From: Octopus vulgaris
Taxonomy: Eukaryota
Assembly (NCBI GenBank): GCA_951406725.2
Contig: OX597825.1
Span: 84,692,001-84,756,000, forward strand
Length of the DNA: 64,000 nt
Direction: 5' to 3'
Shown here: positions 53,615 through 64,000 of the stretch, in pieces
How positions within the stretch are numbered: the first letter of the stretch is position 1
Layout: each line of letters starts with the position of its first letter
The notes under the pieces: model-generated
What the model saw: the letters and a program-made list of their open reading frames with translations, nothing else
Told to the model about the DNA's origin: nothing
The model's database searches: none
Program-made: the position numbers and the translations under genes

Positions 53615-56071
53615 TTATATATATGGAAATAGATGTATACATATGCGTATACATATACATGCATATAAACGTGTATGTCTGTGTCTGTTTCTGTGCCTGT
53701 GTCTTTGTCTGTGAGTGAACTTAGCCATTTTATCTTCATCCACCTTCTCTCTCTCTCTCTCTCTCGCTCTCTCTCACTCTCTTCAGTTCCATTCCCTTTT
53801 TCTAAAACTTATTTGGTCAACTAATTGCTATCCATTTGATGAAGGAATGGTAACAATTTGGGAAAATAACTGTCAGCATCTTGTAATTCTTCGAAGGCAA
53901 TTACGAAATTCCTCGTAATTCCTCGTAAAGGATAAAATAACATCGAAAAGAAATTTGTTGTTGTATCATTGTACCCAGAGATTTATACCCAATACCATTT
54001 CTGTGGTATGTAATGGTAGAGTAAATATTTGTTTCCTGAAGTAGCCGATGTCCGTAGTAAGTTGTATCTCTTGATCAGAGCTATTTTACCTACCCCGGGT
54101 AAATAAGGTTTGTAGCAAAGAGCGATCTCGTTAAGAATTGAGATTAAAACTAATAAAATGGGTTTGTTTTACAGAGAAATAACGTTTCATTGCTGTAATA
54201 CAAAAGAGCATATTCCTCTCCGATTCGGCTCTATCAGTATGTAAATACAGCGATTAATGTTAGATGTATGAACGGGGCGTGGACGGTCTTCGTTTATCCA
54301 ACATATCACTTGTACATTATGCAAGGGCCAAGGACCTTTTAGAGACGGAAATATCGCAGTATTCTAAGAACATCATGTGAAATCCGGATTCTGTACATGC
54401 ATTGATCTCTGAAGTTCTAAATCTGTTAAAAATTATACTTACTGATTCCTGTAAGAGACCACCGCTAATTTTTAAAACATCATAAATCGATAAATATAGT
54501 TTAGATACATACATGTCTATGTCTATAGATTTGATGCCAATGAGAAGTTATATATATATATATGGTCACTCGACTTACTAAAATAACAACCAATTCTCGT
54601 TCACAGATTATTGTCTTGATAGAAAAAACGTTTTGAATGATGTGCTTTGAGATACATTACATCTGGTTAATCAACGAGGATGGTCGTGACTAGAATACTT
54701 CTGATTTTCACCCTGTTGAATCAGCATTGATCTGTAGATCATCAGTAGCAGCAACTGCCACGACAGTAGACACCGAAACATTTTAATGAGGTAAGAAAAT
54801 GCATTTGTTTTTTATATTAACGGAAGTATATCACGGATGGTTTTTCTCGTCCCGAGAAGACAGATGTCACTTTTGATCTTAATTAGATATGTATCCAACA
54901 GGACGGAGAATAAATAAAATATTTATTCTGATGCAGTTACTGCAATGTTCTTTCTTATATCTACTAAATTGCCTCTTTCTTACATTAGTAATTTATGTTT
55001 TTAAAAAGGCCCGGTTTTAATATTTTTTGATCACCGTTCAATTCGTAATGTTCCCAAGTGCATTCTTGTAATAAGCGAAGTGAAATGCATTTCAACCAGT
55101 CTTTGATGCTGTCTTGGATTTGTCTAAAAAGACAGGCACTTACTTCCTGAATCTCTTTGCAATTACAAGGAGCGTTTATTTTGGCGTGAAATGAACTGAA
55201 AGCGGCAAGGTCGTTCAGCTAAATCGTTTGGCACGTTATCGTTTCGAATTCACCATCGATTTTTCTCGATTTAAATACAAAAGAAATAATGACAAATATA
55301 ATGGAAGATAAAACAGACAATTATTCTGGCTGCTGTTTAAATTACAACTAATTCTGTTTATTCGACAGTATAGTAATAGCTATAGATTGTATATATAAGT
55401 TGTGTTTTTGTTCTTTAAAACAGTGTCGAGATCTGGCAGCATTTCAAAACGTTACTTAGTACATTCTCTAACTTAAAGCAGCCTTCCAGCTGAGAAACGC
55501 AGAACAATCTGTACTGAACAAACAATGTGATATTGTCGACGACTATTCTTATCTCTCATTTACATATCACATAATAAAAATAGATTTTCTTCTATTTGGC
55601 AGAGCAAAGTGTCGATCTATACCAAGAATATTTAGTCTTCTGCTAAATCCACTACGCTCTCATCGTTTGTTTCATTGTATTTTAAAATCTAATCGTTTCA
55701 ACATATTTTTCCATTACGGAGAGATATTTTCTTACCAAACAAAGGGGAAGTAATCATAACGGTGCAGTGGAAAACATTCCCACCTGCAAATATTTCCATC
55801 CCCCTATTTAGTATGTTCACATCTCCAGTGAATTATACACTTACCATGTAAAGAGGTTAAGGCGTTTATGGGGATTTAACTAATGGTTGAAGCAGAAAAG
55901 CCGCTGAACAAAACGTTCTCGGGACACTGAAACCCAAATAATCACTGGAATTAACATCGTAGAGTAATTATAATAAATCTCTTCCAAGTTCGATTATGTT
56001 TCGGCTCTCAGTCTTCATCAATTTGAAAAGATGTAAAATTTATTCAAATTTCAAAAACGATATAAACATAT

Positions 56072-56533
56072 AGGCGCAGGAGTGGCTGTGTGGTAAGTAG
56101 TTTGTGTAACAACCACATGGTTTGGTTCCGGGTTCAGTCCCACTGTATGGCACCTTGGGCAAGGGTCTTCTCCTATAGCATTGGGCCAACCAAAGCTTTG
56201 TGAATGGATTTGCTAGACGAAAACTGAAAGAATCCCGTCGTATATATGTGTGGGTGTGCGTGTGTGTTGGGGACAAACACAGACACAGACTTACACATAT
56301 ATATCTTTGTGTGTGTGTATATGTCTGTGTGTCTGTCTTTGTTCCCCCTTACATCGGTTGAGAATCGATGCCGGTGTGCCTACGTCCCCGTAACTTAGCG
56401 GTTCGGCTAAAGGGACGATAGAATAAGTAGTAGGCTTACAAAGAATAAGTCCTGTGGTGGATTTGCTCCACTAAAGGCAGTGCCCCAGCATGGCTGCAGT
56501 CAAATGACTGAAACAATTAAAAGAATAAAAGAG
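56072..56533 (+). mobile_element. SINE family A, near full length
   Basis: Head, CORE-like ggcaccttgggcaag, internal TA/TG tract, tail cagcatggctgcagtcaaatgactgaaac. Confidence 0.88.
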
Positions 56534-56712
56534 TATATGTTTTAAAAGAAACGTAGAGTTACACCGAAACATAACGCATTACGATAAAAGTATTTTTCGT
56601 GTTAATTTCAATTATATGGAAAATGATTATAATAAATGTTTAAATGAATGGGGTGGGAAGCAAGCAAATTTCTCAGGTTCCGCACCCAAGTACAAATTAT
56701 CATTAAGCTATA

Positions 56713-57223
56713 TCTATATATATAAAACTGTAGTTGTGTGAGTGTCTGCCCCCTTCGATTTAGATTCCTAACTACTCCCACATTTTGCGGTGCAGTTTAA
56801 CCAAATTCGGGTATCTTATAGTCGTGATTCATATCGAGCCCGTCTGAGTATTAGCGCGCGTCTACGATGAGTCTACGATTTTAAAAATAATTTAACATAA
56901 TTTTTTATTCCATTTTAATGCATAAAATGCATCGTGTGTCGATGGCGGCGGAGTTGGCGTCCACGCTCACAGCTGCACCTGTTTGCTTCTCCCCTTCCCT
57001 CCCTCGTGAAGCTGTGGGGAAGGGAGTGTAAGGAAATCAACGTCGTAAAGCGTTGTCAAGGAGACCAGCGTTCTTTTAGAACAACGACTTCATGGCTTGA
57101 AGACACCAAAACAGAAATGGCTAAGAAAGCCCGAATTGGCATCTATAAGGGAAGTAACTCTCTAAAAATGCTTATATAGTTATTTCCCTTACAAACCCGA
57201 GCAACGCCGGGCGATACTGCTAG
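56713..57223 (+). mobile_element. Non-autonomous Helitron
   Basis: 5' A|TCtatatatataaaa, GC hairpin cccgagcaacgccggg (57196-57211), 3' CTAG|T; no TSD. Confidence 0.85.
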
Positions 57224-57389
57224 TAAGTTTATAAGCGACATTTGTGGAAATATCATGTGTAAAGAATGTTCTTATAAGTATATTGAATTATGGCACCTTC
57301 ATGAAAATCATGTCATTTTGATAAGAATATCCGGTTAGGTTATATTACATTTTATTGTTAAGAATGTTTAAGGCTTAAAACTCGAACAC

Positions 57390-57560
57390 TTACCGTGGCC
57401 ACCGCTGTTTATCTTGATATGAGATCACAATGTCGCACACATATAGTTGTGATGCATGTACCTTGTGTACTCTTATCAGACAGGTAGTCATAATGGGTAT
57501 ATTGGGCTTTATATATTTTACCCCAGTTTCACTTTGATGGCATGCACTGCTCTCTCACTT
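57390..57560 (+). repeat. Interspersed repeat family C, followed by (TAA)n (57561-57670)
   Basis: Second copy at 31027-31129 in the opposite orientation; probably a retroposon 3' end. Confidence 0.7.
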
Positions 57561-57570
57561 AATAATGATG

Positions 57571-57637
<67 letters not shown>

Positions 57638-57639
57638 TC

Positions 57640-57670
<31 letters not shown>

Positions 57671-57673
<3 letters not shown>

Positions 57674-58555
57674 CAATCAATCATTTCTTGTATGCCACAA
57701 ATGATAAACAGCTGGAAACATCACTACAGACAGTACATGGATTTACCTAAGAAATAAATATGAATTTTGGATTAGAAAAACGTGCTAAAGCAATCTTGAA
57801 AAGAGGAAAACTAGTTAAGAGTAACAACATCATACAAGATAAATCAAACGAAATAAGAGAATTAGACCAAAGCCAGACATAGAGATACTTAGGAATCAAT
57901 GAACTAGATACGATATAACACACACGAATAATAGAAAAGATAAGAAAGGAATACTATAGACAAGTTAGATTAATACGGAAAAGAAAGCTTAATGTTATAA
58001 AACAGAGCTTAATGCTAGGAAACAAGATAATGGATATCAACACTCTAACCGTCCCAGTTATATGTCACAGCTACAATATTCTTAACTGGTCTCTAAATGA
58101 ACAAATCAAAATAGACGGGGATAACAAGAAATATAATGACAGGATTCAAGATGCATCACCCGAAATCTAACATAGAAAGGCTACATATATAATGTATCGA
58201 AAGTGGGGTGGGGGTTAGAAAGCTATTACAAAATAAGTGCCGTAGGACTACTGGAACACCTAGTTCAGAAGAAAGGAAAACTGATACAAATAGATAAAAA
58301 ACACGAACAAAACAAAAAGACTGATTTCTGTGGTTAAGGAAGCAGGCAAATACAAAAAAGAAGTCGTAGTAGCTAACAAGTATGGAGGAAAAGAAGAAAC
58401 AACAAAAGCTGTGAAACAACTGAAATCCAAACTAAAACTGGAACAGTAACGTATCGTGATAAAACGAGGGCACGAAGAGCCCCTTCATGGCAAATACTGG
58501 ATTAGGCTAAACAGATAAACAAATAGACAAAGCAAAGTCCCAAAAATGGCTCAAG
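57671..58555 (+). mobile_element. R4/Dong-like LINE RT remnant
   Basis: LYATNDKQLE..VHGFT*EINMNFGLEKRAKAILKRGK..RYLGI..IRKEYYRQVR..INTLTVPV..LNW..MHHPKSNIERL; many stops; abuts (TAA)n. Confidence 0.82.
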
Positions 58556-58876
58556 ATATACTGTGCGACATCTATAACAATAATATCTACAAGAACCACA
58601 ACCGCAACCAATAAATGGTACATATAGACGTTCCTGAGATATTGGATGTGAGCATATCAGCAGTTCTTATATACGCACCATCTCTGATACTGATGTTGTA
58701 TTAAGAATCAATTAGAGGGTTTCTGGAAGAAGATTTCGCTTTTAGTTCTTGCGAGACAAACAACTGTAGAGTCCTCGAAGGCTTGTGTATACACTTTGTC
58801 CTATATGTATTTGTGTGTATGTGTGTGTGTGTGCGTGTGCGTGTGTGTATTTTTAAAAAATATGTTACTAATCATA

Positions 58877-59155
58877 GGCACAGGGGTGGCTGTGTGGTAA
58901 GGAGCTTGCTAAACCAACCACATGGTTCCGGGTTCAATCCCACTGCGTCGACCAAAGCCTTGTGAGTGGATTTGGCAGACGGAAACTGAAAGAAGCCCGT
59001 CGTATATATACGTACATTTATATATACGTGTGTGTGTGTTTGTATATTTGTATTTGTCTCCCCAACATCGCTTGATAACAGATGGTGGTGTGTTTGCTTC
59101 CCCATAACTTAGCAGTTCGGCAAAAGAGACCGATAGAATAAAAGCGGGGCTCCAG
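58877..59155 (+). mobile_element. SINE family A, internally deleted
   Basis: Head and 3' part match the family. Confidence 0.8.
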
Positions 59156-59724
59156 AGTAATCATTGTAGTTGTTGGTGTTGTTTAGTTTTCTTAAATCTT
59201 GATTTAGCAATCAAAGGAATATGCTGCAGATACATCCCATCTCTTTTATCTTGAACCACGTGACAGTGAGGGTGACATCTGACGGCTGTTCGGATGCTAC
59301 TTCACGCAGGTTAGTCTGGTTGATGCTGCTGTTAGCCTAAAACGTACCGCACCTGCTGCTCCTACTACTGCTGCTGCTGCGGCTGTTGTTGTTGTTAAGC
59401 AACAAGACGGGTAAGGGTGATTAGGTGATGGTTTAGGGATTAGGGGCGGAAGACCCCAGACCTTGGAAAAAAAACAACTTTGGTCGTGTTGTTGTAGTCG
59501 AGGGCTCTTCATTGACGCCCGACACCACTGGGAGGTGGCCCTCGAAGGCACTGGAAATGGAGATCTCCAGGTCCAAATTCTTGAACGGCTGCTACTGCTG
59601 CTGATGATGATGCTGATGCTGATGCTGATGCTGATGCTGATGCTGATCATAATGATCATGACGATGATCATGATTATTGTCGTTGTCGTCGTCGATACAA
59701 TCTTGTTCAAAGTCGTCGTCGTCG

Positions 59725-59767
<43 letters not shown>

Positions 59768-59913
59768 GTTGCTGCAGATTGCCTTAAGTTCGCAGAAGAC
59801 CAATAACAAGAACATTCCCCGTTCCTGCCACCATCACTCTCTCCATCGTCAGAGTAATGACCAAAGATATAGGTCATTACTGGTACATCCTATACCACTT
59901 CCTCTCCTTCTTT

Positions 59914-59950
<37 letters not shown>

Positions 59951-60302
59951 AAAGATCATCCGCACACACACACACACACACAAAATGGAAGCTACTATCA
60001 CAAAGAGCCTGAAATGTGTGCTGACTTATGCAAATATTCGTCTACTTTTCAAATTCCAAAATGGTGTTTTTCTGTTCTTTATGTATTTATTTATTTATTT
60101 ATGTCTTTATTCTGTTTTAATTAAAATGTTTTCCCCATCATATTTTATTTATTTGTTTTGTCAGTATTTTTTGTTATTCTCATTCTTGAAATTCCTGTCA
60201 AACACACCTGAAATTTTATTTAATTGCAAACTACACCCACCATCAGAAACTTGACTCGTGCAAAGGAAAATGAGAAAATTCTATCAAGAACAGAACAAAT
60301 TC

Positions 60303-60755
<453 letters not shown>

Positions 60756-61314
60756 GAACAACAACAATTACGATGACGTCGACAACTGTAATCGAATAAA
60801 CACTCCATCTTCGATTAGCAAGTCTCGGAAAATTCTAATCACTGTTTGTCCCATGACAAACCATCAGAGAATTATCATAATTTTTTGGTGTTTTGTTTGA
60901 TGTCAGATTTAGTGTTGTTTATTTCGCACTTCATATATAATTTTGTTTTCTTTTGTCGAAAGTTCTAATAAATTGTCAGTTCTGTTCCACGATTCGATTC
61001 GTATTTAGATTGTGGCTGTTTCGACTCCCACAATCGCGCATTCGTTAACCGATTTTTAAACCATTTAACTGCGGCCAGTTTCGTTTCCCTCTTCAAAGTT
61101 CTAGTTTCTTGTATCGATCCGCAGGTATTTTGTGGAGCAGAAAGCATAAAGAAGTAGTTACTGGGGCATTATATTAAAGAATGAACGCCACAACTTCTCG
61201 TTTCTTTATTAGAATCGATCACTTTGCCTCTTCGCATATCTCTTTGGAGGGCTACCTGTGATGCGATCAGTAACTTTTGAAGTACTCTTTTGCCCCCATC
61301 AGTAATAATTGTAG

Positions 61315-61725
61315 CAAATTTAGGCACAAGGCAAATGATTTCGTGCGAAGGGGTGAGACGATCAAGTCGACCCCACGGGTATGAAAGGGTGAGACGATTG
61401 GCTCGACCCCTCGGGAATAAAGGAGTGAGCCGATCAGGTCGAACCCACGAGTGTGAAAGGGCGAGTCGACCAACACCCACTCCACGGGTGTGAAGGGGTG
61501 AGACGTTCAGGTCGACCTCACGGGTGTGAAAGGGTGAGACTATCATGTCGACCCTACGGATATGAAGGGGTGAGACGATCACGTCGACTAGTACTTATTT
61601 TATCGAAACTGAAACGGGGAAAGGCAAAGACGGTCTCGGTGAAATTTGAACTCAGAACGCTAGAACAGACGAAATGCCACTAAGCTATCTGTCCGGTGTG
61701 CAAACGGTCCAGCCAGCTCGCCACC
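61315..61725 (-). mobile_element. SINE B1 with an internal 36-bp minisatellite of about 7 units (about 61340-61589)
   Basis: Unit cacgggtgtgaaggggtgagacgatcaggtcgaccc; starts at 61374, 61410, 61446, 61483, 61519 and 61555. Flanked by the B1 tail (ggcacaagg) and core (gtacttattttatcga..gaactcagaac). Confidence 0.85.
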
Positions 61726-62027
61726 GTGACCACCACAAATAATATCAGCAAAATACAGCACAGAGACTAATTAACAGGAAAAGCTAATCAAATTGATTTT
61801 TATACAAATTTATCTTTTTATATTATTAAATTTTATTTGTTTTAGACAGTAGATTGCGGTCATGCTGGAGCACCACCTTCAAAATATTTGTAGTCGAAAG
61901 AATCGATCCTAGTGTGGTTAGCAGTTTTTTACTTCAGGTTAACATGGTACTTACTCTTTCGTTTTTTTTTTGACAAGTTGCTAACTTACAGGGACGTGAA
62001 TACGCCAATACCGATTGTATATATATG

Positions 62028-62079
<52 letters not shown>

Positions 62080-62722
62080 CATACATAAATACTCGAATGC
62101 ATTCATGCATACGATTCTGTTATATGTATGTCATTCTGGTGGAAAGTCTGAATACAAATTAGAAATTTACTATATACTGTTTTGTAAATATATTTTGTCA
62201 TAAATGATAAGGCTAATTACTACTAGATATTTAGAACTAGCAAAACTAATTAACGTACCAAACGTAAAAATGATAAACGAATAATTAAATATTATGCCAG
62301 CGTTTCATAGATTCGATCTGTCTGACTCTGCATTGGTATTTTATACTTTCACGAAATTATCGTCTGAAAAAAAAAAGAAAAAGAAAAAGAAAAACGTGGC
62401 TGACATAGTTGCTTCACATAGCAACGGACGTAAATACAGGAAATTATCGACTCAGCAAAATCTGTAATTTAATACCGAGCAAAACCTTTGTCTGAAAAGC
62501 ATCTGAAAACTTGAGGATGCAAATTAGAGATTATGTAGGCATTGTGCCATAGTTCTATAAAGTGGTCGTATGAATCTGTGTCATCGTTTTGTCTTATGGT
62601 TCGGTATTGTATCCCTCTTTGCCTATGGCAGTACCATACAAAAACATATCGAGATGGTAAATTGCAGCTCTAGAATCATAAGATCTCGAATCGGAGGTGA
62701 AAAGAAAAGGGTCACACTGGAT

Positions 62723-62966
62723 GAGAGGTTCTCAACTAGCTTTTGCCTTTGGGTCGCTTTGGTTCCTAATTTACGCCACTGGGCCTGCAGAGACATTCAC
62801 TGTATATAAAAGAAGTCTTGCTATATTTTTATAATCAATTATGATTAAGAATTGTATAAAAAATGTATTAGAATATTTTGTGTATTGGAGAAGAATGACT
62901 GATGTTTAAGAATAAAATCTTGTATGAATCCCTAAGGGTCACGTGAGCCTCAACTGAGAACCACTG
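62723..62966. mobile_element. hAT/Charlie-type MITE, old
   Basis: Ends gagaggttctcaac / tgagaaccactg resemble CAGTGGTTCTCAA TIRs; 8-bp flanks cactggat / cattaggt match only partly. Confidence 0.5.
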
Positions 62967-64000
62967 CATTAGGTACAAGAGGGTTAATGAAACAAGAACA
63001 ATACAAGATGAAACAGCAAGTATCGTCGGTCATTTGAATTTATGTTGAATGATGAAACGTCCGTGAGTAAGCACCACCCCTTCATGAATTTTCAGGCTCA
63101 ATCCCATGTATCCACTTGTACGCTTTCGAAAGTTAACTTACTCCTATGCATTATAAAATAGTCATTCGTGCACAAGTGGAACGGTTGGTATTTGGTTTGT
63201 GGCTCTAATGTAACTATAAACTCTAAAACCGCTCTCAATATTTTGAAGATATTTTTTGTTAGTAAGGCCGTCCATTGCTGACCTATATTTCAATAGTTTG
63301 CTGCGTTCTGAAGTTATACAAAACGCAAGAAAGATAGGATTAGAACTACTGATAGTTCTACAGCGAGGAAATTACTTAGAACACAGAAACATATTTTAAG
63401 CTGATAAATAAAGAGAAAGCATGGAACGTACAAAATAGAAAATTGAAACCTATGAAGTTAAGGTAATATTGGATTTGCAATAGAAAATACTATGGCTTTG
63501 GACACACGAGATAACACAATATTATTGCATATATGTCTGTGGTTATATGCGTGCAAACGCGTATGCATGGGCATACACACAATCAAGCACACTCGCATAC
63601 ACGCACACACATACAAACACCTATAAGTACATCTGTATGTGAGCGCGCGCGTGTTTGTGTCTGTGTGTGCATGTCTGTGTATACATTTATTTCTATATAT
63701 GGATATACATATGCATATGTATATATATATATAGATAGATAGATAGATAGATAGATAGATGTTGTAGTCAAGTGACATTACAGAGAAAACACATTTCAAC
63801 TAATGCGATGTATGTCTTAGATTTCTATGTACGCATTTAAATTTCAAATGACATCTAGTGCAAATACAAGAAACCCAAGTAGAATGAAATGCAATGCTCT
63901 GTTATCGAATCTCCCGACACTCCAACATTTTTCTATGCTTCTTACCTTGGCATTTTGGGTTGTATATTCATACCTCCTGCAAAAGTAATGATAAGTGATG

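Noticed and set aside
53900-54520. Possible degraded RT-thumb remnant on the minus strand
   Set aside because: Similarity too faint to support a call.
59297-60254. 172-aa and 263-aa ORFs as proteins
   Set aside because: Their length is due to triplet repeats (poly-M, poly-I, poly-T); no domain signal.
61340-61589. 36-bp periodic repeat as a CRISPR array
   Set aside because: Units are contiguous with no unique spacers, derive from a SINE, and the context is eukaryotic with no cas genes.

Overview
AT-rich eukaryotic non-coding DNA saturated with (TA)n, (TG)n, (AG)n, (TATC)n, (TATG)n, (TAA)n and (TAG)n microsatellites. The SINE families and repeat density point to an Octopus-like cephalopod genome, which is my inference. 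I see no secure host protein-coding gene: most listed ORFs are microsatellite artefacts, and the only candidate is a minus-strand exon running off the left edge. Real coding sequence belongs to mobile elements: a young Penelope-like retroelement (RT + GIY-YIG, one in-frame stop), a Tx1/L1-type LINE 3' end, two R4/Dong-like LINE remnants, a full-length degenerate mariner, and Tc1/mariner fragments. There are also a non-autonomous Helitron, MITE/foldback elements and many tRNA-derived SINEs (my working labels A, B1, B2, D1, D2). Four observations stand out. (1) Small elements in (TA)n carry minimal hammerhead ribozymes, including a 249-bp near-perfect inverted repeat with one ribozyme on each strand, and four other motifs share a CCGANGA core variant. 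(2) A young SINE (B2) has a 3' tail matching the Tx1-type LINE tail and repeatedly sits at GGT(A/T)T sites inside other SINE copies. (3) A dense TEAD-motif cluster lies in unique sequence near 9.8 kb. (4) A 36-bp minisatellite has arisen inside a SINE. All alignments and coordinates were read by eye.
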